From the IMG/VR virus record IMGVR_UViG_3300027499_000663, positions 1 to 56,094 of that record: a stretch of 56,094 bases of DNA. One strand, written 5' to 3'. Source of the DNA: a virus (Duplodnaviria > Caudoviricetes). This document shows positions 25,532 to 35,973 of this stretch, in pieces. Numbering within the stretch: the first letter of the stretch is position 1; each line of letters starts with the position of its first letter. The translations under genes were made by a program, and so were the position numbers. A model generated the notes under the pieces. It did no database searches and was not told the DNA's origin. It saw only the letters and a list, made by a program, of their open reading frames with translations.

Positions 25532-26131
25532 ATGACAACCAAGCAACCCGACTGGGAGGCAATCGAGCGAGCCTACCGGGCTGGTGCGCTTTCCATCCGA
25601 ACCATCGCTGAGCGTAACGGCGTCAGTGACACCGCGATTCGTAAGAAGGCTAAGGCCTTAGGATGGGCGAGAGATCTTTCCGAGCAGGTGCGCAAAGAGG
25701 TTCGCAACAAGCTGGTTCGCGGTGAGGTTCGCGATGATCAATGTGCGAACCCTGAGCGGGACGCCGAGATCATCGAAGAGGCAGCGGAAGAGGGCGCGAC
25801 GGTTGTTCGCAGCCATCGCCGAGACATTCGCAAAGCCACGAACCTTGCGAACCTGCTGATGGATGATCTGCTCACTACGATCAAGCGGCGTGAGGAAATC
25901 GAAGACGCCATTGCTGACGAAACTGCCGACGATGAGGGCGGTTTCCGTCGAGGCTCGATGCTCGCGGCGGTTGCTCTGCCCAGCAACGCCAAAACCCTTT
26001 TCCAATTGTCCTCGGCCATGAAGAACCTGCAGGTGCTCGAACGCACCGCATTTGGCCTTGATGACAAGGAGCAGTCGAAAGACTCCGACGAACTTTCGCA
26101 ACTGATGGACGAACTATCGAAGGACGCCTGA
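25532..26131 (+). CDS. Terminase small subunit
   Basis: PDWEAIERAYRAG...HTH; precedes terL. Confidence 0.8.
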   Translation: MTTKQPDWEAIERAYRAGALSIRTIAERNGVSDTAIRKKAKALGWARDLSEQVRKEVRNKLVRGEVRDDQCANPERDAEIIEEAAEEGATVVRSHRRDIRKATNLANLLMDDLLTTIKRREEIEDAIADETADDEGGFRRGSMLAAVALPSNAKTLFQLSSAMKNLQVLERTAFGLDDKEQSKDSDELSQLMDELSKDA

Positions 26132-26132
26132 C

Positions 26133-27620
26133 ATGAAGCCCGAGCACATGAAGCTGCTCCGGGATCGATTCTGGCGACTGAACAACCTCTACTTCATCAC
26201 CGACAAGCAGGGGAAGAAGGTCCGCTTCCGCATGACGCAGGAGCAGATCGATTACTTCCAGGGGATGCATACCCGCAACATTATCCTCAAGGCGCGGCAG
26301 CTGGGCTTTACAACGCTTGTCTGCATCGTCCAATTGGATGCGGCGCTGTTCGAAGCTGCGAAGTGCGCGCTGATCGCTCACACCCTTAACGACGCCAAGC
26401 GGCTGTTCCGGGAGAAGGTCAAGTACGCCTACGACAATTTGCCCAAGGAGATCAGGGCAGCCAACCCGGCACGCAACGACGCTGCCGGGGAGTTGGTGTT
26501 CAGCAAAGGCGGCTCACTGTATGTCTCGACTTCATTCCGGGGCGGCACGCTGCGTTACCTGCACGTTTCCGAGTTCGGGAAGATCTGCGCCAAGTTCCCA
26601 CACAAGGCGCGAGAGATCGTCACCGGCGCCTTCGAAGCCGTTGCCGCTGAATGCTTCGTCACCATCGAGTCGACAGCAGAAGGCCGGGCCGGGTATTTCT
26701 TCGACTACAGCCAGTCTGCCGAGAAGCAGCAGATGGCCGGTGTGCCCTTGGGCCTGTTGGACTGGAAGTTCTTTTTCTTCAGCTGGTGGCGCAATCCGCT
26801 GTACTGGCTGGATTCGACCGACGTCGTCATCTCGGACCGGCTGACCAAGTACTTCGACGACCTGGTCGCCAAGCACGGCATCGTCACAAACCCAGGCCAG
26901 CGCGCCTGGTACAGCGCCAAGGAAAAGACCCTCGGCGAAGACATGAAGCGCGAGTACCCTTCGATTCCTGCCGAAGCATTCCAGCAGACGATCGAGGGTG
27001 CTTACTACGCCAAGCAGTTCACCAAGCTGTATGCGGCCCAGCGCATTGGCAAGCTGCCAGACAACAGCCACTTGCCGGTTCACACGTTCTGGGACATCGG
27101 TGTCGGCGATTCAACGGCAATCTGGTTCGTCCGGATCGTTGGCGACGAATACCATGTCATCGATTTTTACCAGAACAGCGGGGAAGGCCTGCGGCACTAC
27201 ATGAAAGTGCTCAAGGACCGAGGTTACACCTACGGCGAGCACTGGGGGCCGCACGATATCGATAATAGGGAATTCGGCAGCGATGGCAAGACCCGCCGAG
27301 AGCTCGCCCGAGAGGGCTACGAGATCGATGGCCAGCGCTATTCGATGACGTTCCAGGTGGTGCCGAAGCTTGGTATCGATGAAGGCATCGAGCAGGCCCG
27401 GGAAATCCTTCCTAAATGCGCTTTCGACGAAGCCAAGTGCGAGGAGGGCATCACCGCCTTGGAGAGTTACCGCAAGGAGTGGGACGACAAACGTGGGTGC
27501 TGGAAGGACAAACCCCTTCACGATTGGTCGTCTCACCCAGCCGATGCATTCCGGTACTTCGCTGTCGCCCAGAGCGCGAGGAAGCCGGTCAAATCAATCA
27601 AAATGGGATTCGCACGCTAA
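26133..27620 (+). CDS. Terminase large subunit
   Basis: LKARQLGFTT Walker A, HVSE Walker B, ESTAEG, WDIG and SHPADAFRY nuclease motifs. Confidence 0.95.
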   Translation: MKPEHMKLLRDRFWRLNNLYFITDKQGKKVRFRMTQEQIDYFQGMHTRNIILKARQLGFTTLVCIVQLDAALFEAAKCALIAHTLNDAKRLFREKVKYAYDNLPKEIRAANPARNDAAGELVFSKGGSLYVSTSFRGGTLRYLHVSEFGKICAKFPHKAREIVTGAFEAVAAECFVTIESTAEGRAGYFFDYSQSAEKQQMAGVPLGLLDWKFFFFSWWRNPLYWLDSTDVVISDRLTKYFDDLVAKHGIVTNPGQRAWYSAKEKTLGEDMKREYPSIPAEAFQQTIEGAYYAKQFTKLYAAQRIGKLPDNSHLPVHTFWDIGVGDSTAIWFVRIVGDEYHVIDFYQNSGEGLRHYMKVLKDRGYTYGEHWGPHDIDNREFGSDGKTRRELAREGYEIDGQRYSMTFQVVPKLGIDEGIEQAREILPKCAFDEAKCEEGITALESYRKEWDDKRGCWKDKPLHDWSSHPADAFRYFAVAQSARKPVKSIKMGFAR

Positions 27621-29080
27621 TGGCAGACGTCACTTACACCCGCCCGGAATACGACGCGGCACAGTCCCGTTGGCGGCTGGTGCGCGACGTCTGCAAGGGT
27701 TCCGAAACGGTCAAGGCCCGCGGCGATGTTTATCTGCCGAAGCCGAATCCGCACGATACCAGCCAGGAGAACGTCGAACGGTACAAGGGGTACAAGCAGC
27801 GCGCCGTGTTCTACAACGCCACCGGCCGGACGAAACACAGCCTGGTGGGCGCGGTGTTCCGCACCTGGCCAACGCTGACCGTCCCCGGGGCTCTCGATTA
27901 CGTCTCGAAGGACATCGACGGGCAGGGCGTGAGCATCTACCAGCAGTCGCAATCGGTTATCGGGCATTTGCTCGAAGTCGGGCGCCACGGGCTGCTGGTC
28001 GACTACGCCGCCGTGAAGGCCGGCACCGTGAGCAAGGCAGACGAGCAGGCAGGCCGTGCCCGGGCGAGTGTTGCCAGCTATCCGGCCGAGTCGATCAGGA
28101 ACTGGAAAACTCGCAAGGTCGGTGGTCAGCACCTGCTGAGCCTGGTTGTCTTGCGCGAAGAGGTGGACATCGACACCGATGATGGCTTCGGCAGTGAGCG
28201 GGTTCTGCAGTATCGAGTGCTGCGCCTGGACGACGCCGGCGTTTACACGCAGGAGGTCTGGCAAGAGGGCAGCAGTGAGACAGCAATGATCATTCCCCCT
28301 TTCACGCCGTTGAATGGCCTTGGGCAACCTTGGAAGTTGATCCCGTTCCAGTTCCTCGGCAGCGAGAACAACGACACCAGTATCGACGATTCGCCGCTGT
28401 ACGACATGGCCGTGCTCAACATCGGCCACTACTGCAACAGTGCGGACTATGAGGATTCGGTGTGGTTCTCCGGACAGCCACAATTCTGGATTTCCGGTCT
28501 TGATGAAGCTTGGCGCGATCACTTGGAATCGAACGGCATTTATGTCGGCTCTCGGGCGCCACTGACGCTCCCGGCCAACGGTTCGTGCGGTTTCGCTCAG
28601 CCTGAACCGAACACGCTCGTCAAGGAGGCCATGGACGCCAAGAAAGAGGACATGGTCTCGCTCGGCGCCCGACTGATCGAGCGGGGAAGCGCGGTGAAAA
28701 CCGCAACCCAGGCTGACAACGACAGCGCCGCCGAACATAGCGTTCTATCTCTGGTGGTCAGCAACGTCAGCGAGGCATACAGCCAGTGTCTGGTGTGGAT
28801 GGCCGAGTTTGTGAACGCCACGGGCGAAACGCTCTACAAGCTCAATCAGGACTTCAGTCAGATCACCCTGGATGCGACGATTCTTACCGCGCTGTTTAAT
28901 GCGGTGCAGGGCGGCAAGCTGCCGGCGGGCGACTTCTGGCAGTACCTGCGCGATCGTGGTGTTATCGATCCCGAGAAGACCGACGACCAGATCCGAGACG
29001 AGCTCGAAACCGAGAATCCCGGCCCTGACCTGGATGACGACGAGGTAACCCCGAATGGCGGCAAACCAGGCGATCCTTGA
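27620..29080 (+). CDS. Portal protein (DUF4055-type)
   Basis: YLPKP..., RAVFYNAT, NIGHYCNSAD motifs; follows terL. Confidence 0.85.
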   Translation: MADVTYTRPEYDAAQSRWRLVRDVCKGSETVKARGDVYLPKPNPHDTSQENVERYKGYKQRAVFYNATGRTKHSLVGAVFRTWPTLTVPGALDYVSKDIDGQGVSIYQQSQSVIGHLLEVGRHGLLVDYAAVKAGTVSKADEQAGRARASVASYPAESIRNWKTRKVGGQHLLSLVVLREEVDIDTDDGFGSERVLQYRVLRLDDAGVYTQEVWQEGSSETAMIIPPFTPLNGLGQPWKLIPFQFLGSENNDTSIDDSPLYDMAVLNIGHYCNSADYEDSVWFSGQPQFWISGLDEAWRDHLESNGIYVGSRAPLTLPANGSCGFAQPEPNTLVKEAMDAKKEDMVSLGARLIERGSAVKTATQADNDSAAEHSVLSLVVSNVSEAYSQCLVWMAEFVNATGETLYKLNQDFSQITLDATILTALFNAVQGGKLPAGDFWQYLRDRGVIDPEKTDDQIRDELETENPGPDLDDDEVTPNGGKPGDP

Positions 29081-30140
29081 TGCCGCGATTCGGCACGCCG
29101 TCTTCCTCGAGCAGCTGAAATCCGGGGAGGTTGCGAAGTTCGGGCCTTTCCTCAAGGAGATCGACCGCTCGATCCGCGAGCGACTGACTCGGGCCGACCT
29201 GACGGATTACACCGTCGCGCGACTGGAGCGCCTGCTGAGCGAGGTCGACAGCCTGCTGCTGGGCATCTTCGACCTGTACAGCGAGAAGTTGAACCTCGAC
29301 CTGGTGGATATCGCCAACTACGAGGCTGAGTTTGAGGCGACCAGCCTGACCCGGGCAGCGCCCGTGGGTGTTTCATTTGACGCCGCGGTGCCAGGTGCTG
29401 CTGCAATTCGTGCTGCCATCCTTACCAATCCGCTCAGCGTGCGCGGTGCCGACGGCGGCAAGCTGCTCAAGACCTTCATTGATGGCTTCACTGCTACGGA
29501 GCGGCAACGCCTCACAGGCGCGATCAGGCAGGGCTTCTTCGAAGGCAAGACCAACTTCCAGATCATCAAGAGTATCCGCGGGACCAAAGCACTCCAGTAC
29601 AACGACGGCATTCTGGCCACGACCAACCGGAACGCCGGCGCGATCGTCCGGACAGCAGTGCAGCACGTCGCCACCCAGGCGCGCATGCAGACTCTGAAAG
29701 AGAACTCCTATGTCGTGCAATCGGTGGAGTGGGTCAGCACCCTGGACACGAAGACGACCAGCCAGTGCCGGACGCTCGACAAGCGTCGGTTCAAGCTGAC
29801 GGAGGGGCCTAGGCCGCCGATCCATATCAACTGTCGATCGACAGTGGTAGCGGTGACCCGCTTCAGCTCGTTGTTCGCCAAGGACGCCACCCGGGCATCC
29901 ATCGGTGACAGCGGCGCGCAGAAGGTAAGGGCGGACCTCAGCTACTACGACTGGCTCAAGCAGCAGCCGGCAGCGTTTCAGGATAGGGCTATCGGCCCGG
30001 TCCGCGCCAAGCTGTTTCGTGAGGGCGGGCTGAGTGTCGAGCGTTTCGCTGAACTGCAGCTTGATCGCAACTTTTCACCTCTCACCCTTGTGCAGATGAA
30101 GGCTCTTGAGCCGCTCGCCTTCGAGTTGGCGGGCTTGTGA
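29055..30140 (+). CDS. Minor head morphogenesis protein (SPP1 gp7/Mu F-like)
   Basis: STLDTKTT..C..LD and PPIHINCRS motifs. Confidence 0.9.
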   Translation: MAANQAILDAAIRHAVFLEQLKSGEVAKFGPFLKEIDRSIRERLTRADLTDYTVARLERLLSEVDSLLLGIFDLYSEKLNLDLVDIANYEAEFEATSLTRAAPVGVSFDAAVPGAAAIRAAILTNPLSVRGADGGKLLKTFIDGFTATERQRLTGAIRQGFFEGKTNFQIIKSIRGTKALQYNDGILATTNRNAGAIVRTAVQHVATQARMQTLKENSYVVQSVEWVSTLDTKTTSQCRTLDKRRFKLTEGPRPPIHINCRSTVVAVTRFSSLFAKDATRASIGDSGAQKVRADLSYYDWLKQQPAAFQDRAIGPVRAKLFREGGLSVERFAELQLDRNFSPLTLVQMKALEPLAFELAGL

Positions 30141-30656
30141 TTAACAGTCTTTCCTGAGGGCAGCAATTTCCGATAGATATTGTTGAAATTTTTGGCTCCA
30201 CTTCTGATTCGTTGCATCAAAGGTGTCCAGCTGTTTCTTAACTTCTTCGTCGCCATTCGCAGTCATGCTGTTTTTCAGCTCAATAACCATGTTTTGGCTC
30301 AGCGTTGACAATTCAGAGGGCGCGTACGCACTGAAAGCGTACCCCGTCCTCATGAGTGCATCCAAGCGGTCTCGGTATACATCTAGGGAAACCTTTAGAT
30401 GTCCGGTTTGAGCGGTGAACTCGCCAAGTGCGCTAAGGAATTTATCTGCCTTTTCCCGCAGGTCTTTTTCTTGGGCATCCAGCCGCGTTATGCATGTCTG
30501 AGTTTTGGTGATTTTCGATGATTGCGAGGCGGTTACCCAACCTATAACGCCCGTGCTCATGACACCAGCAAGAGTTAGGAAACCGGTGAGAGCTGATATC
30601 AAAAGAGCATTTGTTAGTTCGAGTTTTTTTGAGGCTTGGTTGGCGTCCGTCGTCAT
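30141..30656 (-). CDS. Moron: membrane-anchored helical protein
   Basis: N-terminal TM; GGAGG SD; antisense within the head operon. Confidence 0.7.
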   Translation of the reverse strand: MTTDANQASKKLELTNALLISALTGFLTLAGVMSTGVIGWVTASQSSKITKTQTCITRLDAQEKDLREKADKFLSALGEFTAQTGHLKVSLDVYRDRLDALMRTGYAFSAYAPSELSTLSQNMVIELKNSMTANGDEEVKKQLDTFDATNQKWSQKFQQYLSEIAALRKDC

Positions 30657-30766
30657 AGATCCTCCAGTGTGCGCGCTAAATTAAACGGCGCGCATTGTCA
30701 TCCTTTCCTCAGTTCAAATCCATATCAGCAGGCAGGGCCTGCACCTACGTCTCTGGGAGACAACCA

Positions 30767-31474
30767 ATGCTGAAATTCCAACTGGATACCCTGGAAGGGG
30801 TAGATGAAGCCGTGCGCGCTCTTTACACCGAGAAGGACGGCAAATTCGTACTCGGCATTGAAGGTTTGCCGCAGCAAGAAGACGTATCTGGCCTGAAGGC
30901 CAAAGTTGATGAATTGCTCGGCGAGAAGAAGCTGGCCGAGAAGAAAGCGCGTGAGGCTGAAGAAGCTGCACGCCTGGAGCGTGAAGAAGCCGCTCGCAAA
31001 TCTGGAAACGTCGAAGAGCTCGAAAAGTCCTGGTCCGAAAAATACAACCGCCGCGAAGCTGAGCTGAACGGCACGCTGGAGCAGGAGCGCGCCGCGCTGA
31101 GCGGGCAGATCCGGGATCTGACTGTCGGCCGTACCGCTACTGATATCGCGTCTGCCTTGGCAATTCCAGGCAGCGCCAAAGCCCTGTTGCCGCACATCGA
31201 ACGCCGCCTTGGTGTCGAGCAGCGCGACGGGAAGCCTGTGGTGGTTGTACTCGACCCGCAGGGCAAGCTCTCGGCGGCAACGCTGGATGAGCTGAAAGCA
31301 GAATTCGCAAACGACACGGCGTTCGCGCCGTTGATCGCGGGTAGCAAGGCATCGGGCGGCGGGGCTGCTGGTGCTGGAGGTGGCGGCGGGGCCGCAAAAG
31401 GAAAAATCGGCGGCACCAAAGAGGAACGCACGGCCGCAATCGCGAGCCGGTTCCCGGATCTCCCTCAATCGTAA
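30767..31474 (+). CDS. Capsid scaffolding protein
   Basis: Coiled coil with Gly-rich C-terminus, before the capsid gene. Confidence 0.8.
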   Translation: MLKFQLDTLEGVDEAVRALYTEKDGKFVLGIEGLPQQEDVSGLKAKVDELLGEKKLAEKKAREAEEAARLEREEAARKSGNVEELEKSWSEKYNRREAELNGTLEQERAALSGQIRDLTVGRTATDIASALAIPGSAKALLPHIERRLGVEQRDGKPVVVVLDPQGKLSAATLDELKAEFANDTAFAPLIAGSKASGGGAAGAGGGGGAAKGKIGGTKEERTAAIASRFPDLPQS

Positions 31475-31484
31475 GGAATAACTC

Positions 31485-32453
31485 ATGTCCCTGTCGCAAA
31501 TGCAGGTCTTCAACGAATACATCATGCCGGCGACTCTCGAGACGCTGGACCAGTATCTCGCCGCTTTCAACGCCGCAAGCCGCGGTGCAATCGTGCTTTC
31601 GCCGGATGGCTTCACAGGCGACTTCCTTCAAGAGTCGTTCTTCCAGACCCTGGCCGCTGCCCAGCGCCGCGTGGATCGCTACAGCGCAAACGCTACTGTC
31701 GCAGCGACCGACCTGACCGAGCTGAAGAACACTTCGGTGAAGGTAGCCGGCGGCTTCGGTCCGATCCGCTACGAGCCATCGCAGATGACCTGGCTGGAGC
31801 GCCCCACCGCGCAGGGCGTCGAAGTGGCGAGCCGCGCGTTCGCGGAGATCCTGCTCAAGGATCAGCTCAACACTGCAATCGCTGCACTGGTCGCCGCGAT
31901 TACCGCCCAGGCCGCCGCTGTCAACGACGTGTCGGCTACCGCCGGCATCACCTACGCCGGCCTGAACAACGCCCATGCGAAGTTCGGCGACGCGAGCCAG
32001 AACCTGGTCACCCAGGTGATGCAGGGCACCAGCTACCACAAATTGGTTGGTCAGAACCTGGCAAACCAGCAGCAACTGTTCCAGGCGGGCAACGTTCGCG
32101 TCGTGGACATCCTCGGCAAAATCTCGGTTGTGACGGACGCGCCGGCGCTGATGCAGTCCGGCACCCCGAACAAGGAGATCATCCTGTCCTTGGTGCAGGG
32201 CGCGGCGCTGGTGCACGACGGTCGCGACATCATCAGCAATGTCCAGACCACCAACGGCAAGGAGCGTATCGAAACCACGCTCCAGACCGACTACACCTTC
32301 GGCCTGGGCCTGAAGGGCTACACCTGGGACACCACCACCGGCGGCAAGTCGCCAACCGACGCCGAACTGGCAACCGGTACCAACTGGGACAAGACCGCCA
32401 CCAGCATCAAGCACACCGCCGGTGTGGCTCTGATCGGTGACGCCTCCAAGTAA
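31485..32453 (+). CDS. Major capsid protein
   Basis: 322 aa; GLKGYTWD...SPT...NW...KHTAGV C-terminus; strongly biased codons. Confidence 0.9.
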   Translation: MSLSQMQVFNEYIMPATLETLDQYLAAFNAASRGAIVLSPDGFTGDFLQESFFQTLAAAQRRVDRYSANATVAATDLTELKNTSVKVAGGFGPIRYEPSQMTWLERPTAQGVEVASRAFAEILLKDQLNTAIAALVAAITAQAAAVNDVSATAGITYAGLNNAHAKFGDASQNLVTQVMQGTSYHKLVGQNLANQQQLFQAGNVRVVDILGKISVVTDAPALMQSGTPNKEIILSLVQGAALVHDGRDIISNVQTTNGKERIETTLQTDYTFGLGLKGYTWDTTTGGKSPTDAELATGTNWDKTATSIKHTAGVALIGDASK

Positions 32454-32504
32454 CCCCATGATGTCCAAGCCGGGACGTGTGCCCGGCTTGGCGGAGATGC
32501 AATC

Positions 32505-33083
32505 ATGAGCAACAAAATCTGGTATCTGCCCGGACCGTTTCACCAGTACCGGGAAGACGTGAAGGCGCTGGCAAAGGCACACGGCCTGCGAATCATCGAT
32601 GCGAACATCACTGAAAGTCGCGAAGGAGAGGCCGATGATGTGCCGGAGGTGACGGTGCGGCAGTTTGAATCGGCACCGGCGCTGGTGCTCGCCGATAAAG
32701 GTAATCACGGTGCGCTGCAGGAGCTGATCGACAAGTTGAACGCCGAACGCGACGGAATCGTGCTGCTGATCGACGCTGCTGAAGGCCTTGCGCCGTTGGA
32801 ACACCCGGGCGCCGGCGAGCTGCCGATCCGCCTGTTCGATGCGTTGAAAGCCATCCACGAGGGTGTCATCTCCCTTACCGATCAGCGCGACAAGCTGGCG
32901 GGTGAGGCTGAATTGCTCCGGGCTGAAATCGCGCGCCTGAAGGCGGCAGCGGAGCAGCCGGTCGACAACGCCGAGAAGATCACTGCACTCAAAGCGCAAC
33001 TCGACGCCGCCAATGTGCAATATCGAGCGAATGCTTCGGTAGAATCGCTGGAAAAGGCAGTAGCTGATCTGCCAAAGGCGTAA
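32505..33083 (+). CDS. Head-associated hypothetical protein with HeH/LEM-like C-terminus
   Basis: LKAQLDAANVQYRANAS...L motif. Confidence 0.6.
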   Translation: MSNKIWYLPGPFHQYREDVKALAKAHGLRIIDANITESREGEADDVPEVTVRQFESAPALVLADKGNHGALQELIDKLNAERDGIVLLIDAAEGLAPLEHPGAGELPIRLFDALKAIHEGVISLTDQRDKLAGEAELLRAEIARLKAAAEQPVDNAEKITALKAQLDAANVQYRANASVESLEKAVADLPKA

Positions 33084-33140
33084 TCATTCGGGTGCCAGGG
33101 TATTCGGCACCCGACTCCAACCCATACAGCGAGCTGATTC

Positions 33141-33644
33141 ATGACTCTGATCATTGAGGACGGCACCGGGAAGCCAGACGCCGAAAGCTACGCGTCTGCC
33201 GATGACCTGGGTATGTATGCCGTGAAGTTCGGCCTAGTCATCCCCGCGGAGGTGCCTGCGCAAGAAGCGCTGCTGCGTCGGGCCGCCTTGGCTATGGATG
33301 GCAAGACTTGGAAGGGGCGCAAAACCAACAGCGAGCAGGCACTATCTTGGCCGCGTCGTGGTGTTGAACTGGATTGCGAGATCAAGCCCGACAACTACCT
33401 GCCCGCGCGCATCCAATATGGGCAGATGGCGCTGGCTGCCGAGATTCATCAGGACGACATCGACCCGGTCGAGAAGCGTAAAGGCGCAGTCACCCTGGAG
33501 CGTGTGGAAGGGGCAGTGACGCGCGAGTACGCGACTATCCCTAACACCAGTGGACGCCTGTTGCCGGCGGCGCCGGACCGGCCGAGTGCAACGCAGTTCG
33601 CCGATTACCTGCAGAAGCGTGGGTTGTTTGCTGTTCGTGCTTAG
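33141..33644 (+). CDS. Head-tail adaptor (DnaT-like family)
   Basis: LIIEDGTG..AESY and QALSWPR motifs. Confidence 0.75.
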   Translation: MTLIIEDGTGKPDAESYASADDLGMYAVKFGLVIPAEVPAQEALLRRAALAMDGKTWKGRKTNSEQALSWPRRGVELDCEIKPDNYLPARIQYGQMALAAEIHQDDIDPVEKRKGAVTLERVEGAVTREYATIPNTSGRLLPAAPDRPSATQFADYLQKRGLFAVRA

Positions 33645-33679
33645 TGTTGAATCAGCTCCTCATAAACAGGAGTTGATTC

Positions 33680-33853
33680 ATGATCAATGAAGAGCTGGGC
33701 ACCCTCACCGAAGATGAGCTACTTGCGTGGGATTCGTATGCAGCAGCAGCGCTTGGAGGTATTACAGCCAGTCCAAATAATGCAGCCAAGAAGGCAGCCG
33801 AAGCTGCAGATGCTCTTCTCTTGCAACGCAGGCTGAGAGACCCCGACGCATAA
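33680..33853 (+). CDS. 57-aa small protein with its SD inside a hairpin
   Basis: MINEELG...WDSYAAAALG...AADALLLQR; AGGAG SD. Confidence 0.55.
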   Translation: MINEELGTLTEDELLAWDSYAAAALGGITASPNNAAKKAAEAADALLLQRRLRDPDA

Positions 33854-33869
33854 AAATCCGGAGACCATC

Positions 33870-34241
33870 ATGGCCACCTTCTACAACGAAATGGCCGTGA
33901 TGGCTCTGGATATGATCACAGAGTTCGGCCAGCCCGTGACTATCCGCGCAACGACTGTCGGCGAGTACGACCCGGAAACTGGTACCGCACCGCCCGACAC
34001 CATCACTGAGCAGACGGCCCAAGGCATCCTGCTCGACTTCACAGGCCAAGAATTCCAGAACAACAGCCTGATAAAGCAGGGCGACAAGAAGCTCAAGATC
34101 GCCGCGCAGGGGCTCGAGTGGGCGCCCGACCTGTTGCACAAAATCATCGTTCAAGGCCGCACCTGGTCAATCGTACCGCCGCTGAAAGAGATCAACCCCG
34201 CCGGTACACCGATTCTGTACGAGCTGCAGGTGCGATCGTGA
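33870..34241 (+). CDS. Head closure protein
   Basis: Position; YDPETG and ILYELQVR motifs. Confidence 0.7.
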   Translation: MATFYNEMAVMALDMITEFGQPVTIRATTVGEYDPETGTAPPDTITEQTAQGILLDFTGQEFQNNSLIKQGDKKLKIAAQGLEWAPDLLHKIIVQGRTWSIVPPLKEINPAGTPILYELQVRS

Positions 34242-34834
34242 GCCGGGCCGGCGCCGGACAATCCGGCAGCTTCGCCCTGAGCCTTGCCGAGTTCGCAGCC
34301 CAGGCCACCGAAGCCATCGACGGCAGCCTGCGCGAAATCATCATTGAGGTCGGCAGTAGCGTCATCCGCATGTCGCCGGTGGGTAACCCGCAGATCTGGG
34401 CGCAGAACACCGTGGCCCGCCAGTACAACAAGGCCGTTGACGATCACAACAGCAGCCTGCGCAGCGATCCGGACAACCTGACGAAAGCGGGTCGACTCAA
34501 GCCAGGCCGCAAGCTGAACGACGGGATGGATATCGTTGCACCAGAAGGCTATGTCGGTGGGCGTTTCCGGGCCAACTGGCACCTTTCGATTGATGTCGTT
34601 GAGAACGTCACGTTTGACAAGGTTGACCCGGGTGGAGACGAGACGATTGCCGCGTTGGTTTCAGCCGTGAGCGACTTCACTGCTGGGCAGACTGCCTACC
34701 TCATCAACAATCTGCCGTACGCGATTCCGCTGGAGTTCGGCCATTCGACCCAGGCGCCCGGCGGCATGGTCCGCATCACCGTGGCCCGCTTCCAGCAGAT
34801 CGTGCTGGAGGCCATCAGGAACAATCAGGTATGA
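34238..34834 (+). CDS. Neck/tail completion protein (HK97 gp10-like)
   Basis: GRFRANW and NNLPYAIPLEFGHSTQAP motifs. Confidence 0.8.
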   Translation: MSRAGAGQSGSFALSLAEFAAQATEAIDGSLREIIIEVGSSVIRMSPVGNPQIWAQNTVARQYNKAVDDHNSSLRSDPDNLTKAGRLKPGRKLNDGMDIVAPEGYVGGRFRANWHLSIDVVENVTFDKVDPGGDETIAALVSAVSDFTAGQTAYLINNLPYAIPLEFGHSTQAPGGMVRITVARFQQIVLEAIRNNQV

Positions 34835-35247
34835 GCCACAACATCATTGCCTCGATTTACGAGACCAGAATAATCAATTGGGCGAAGGCGCTGCCGGTGC
34901 CGCTAAAGGTCGTCGTAGAGAACGAAGCCTACGCTTCGGTGAATGGCGCTACTTACCTGAAGGCTTTCACGCTGCCAGCTGACACCGCGAGCAACACGCT
35001 CGCAGGTGACCACAAGCTGTTCACTGGAGTGTTTCAGGTAAGCATCGTGACACCCTCCGGCAAGTTCCGCGGCGCGGCTGGCGCGATCGCCGACCAAATT
35101 GCCGCGTTGTTCCCTCTGTACGAACGAATCACGAAGGGTGCGCTCACCGTGGTGACCATGAGCCCGGTAGACCCAGGCCCCGGCATTCCCGACGACACCA
35201 ACTTTACTGTACCTGTGTCGTTCCAGTACCGAGCCGACACCAACTAA
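34831..35247 (+). CDS. Tail terminator
   Basis: GVFQVSIVTP motif; precedes the tail tube gene. Confidence 0.75.
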   Translation: MSHNIIASIYETRIINWAKALPVPLKVVVENEAYASVNGATYLKAFTLPADTASNTLAGDHKLFTGVFQVSIVTPSGKFRGAAGAIADQIAALFPLYERITKGALTVVTMSPVDPGPGIPDDTNFTVPVSFQYRADTN

Positions 35248-35316
35248 ACCCGCCCGTTGGGCAACACGGAACCCGCTATCGAGCGGGTTTTGTCATTTCT
35301 GCAAAGAGGAAACCCC

Positions 35317-35964
35317 ATGAGCGTCAAGATTCCCAACGGCACTACCTTCGAGATCGCGGCCACCCTCAGCCTTGCGAAATCGTTCACCGCCATCAGCAAC
35401 GCCAAACCGGCGGTGCTCACCGCAGCCGCGCACGGTCTGACCGATGGCGACGTGATCGTCATCGAATCGGCCTGGGCGAAGCTGAACGGCCGCCCGGCGC
35501 GCGTCATCGACTCCGACACCGGCGAGTTCGCGGCGGAAGGCATCGATACCACCAGCGTGAAGAATTACCCGGCTGGCTCCGGCGCCGGCAAGGTTCGCGA
35601 GGCTTCGGGCTGGACGCAGATCTCGCAAATCACCGAGCCAGCGGCGAACGGCGGCGAGCAGCAGTTCCTTACCTACGGTTTCCTCGAAGACGACGATGAC
35701 CGTCAGCTGCCGACCACGAAATCGGCCAGCAGCATGACCCTGCCGGTAGCGGATGATCCATCCCAGGCATACGTCGCACTCGTTGAAGCGGCCGACGAAG
35801 ACAAAGAGCCGCGCCTGATCCGCGCAAATCTCCCGGGCGGCGCAACGATCTACTACTACGTCTATGTGTCGATCACCGCGACCCCGACGTTGAGCCGCAA
35901 CAACATCATGACGCGGACCATCACTCTTTCGTTCGCCTCCCGCCCAACCCGCTACAACGCCTAA
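35317..35964 (+). CDS. Major tail tube protein
   Basis: GGEQQF...FLEDDDD.QLPT motif; position. Confidence 0.85.
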   Translation: MSVKIPNGTTFEIAATLSLAKSFTAISNAKPAVLTAAAHGLTDGDVIVIESAWAKLNGRPARVIDSDTGEFAAEGIDTTSVKNYPAGSGAGKVREASGWTQISQITEPAANGGEQQFLTYGFLEDDDDRQLPTTKSASSMTLPVADDPSQAYVALVEAADEDKEPRLIRANLPGGATIYYYVYVSITATPTLSRNNIMTRTITLSFASRPTRYNA

Positions 35965-35973
35965 GGGGTTCCC

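Noticed and set aside
31137-33020. 627-aa minus-strand ORF, and similar long antisense ORFs at 35293, 36849 and 43644
   Set aside because: Shadows of GC-biased structural genes
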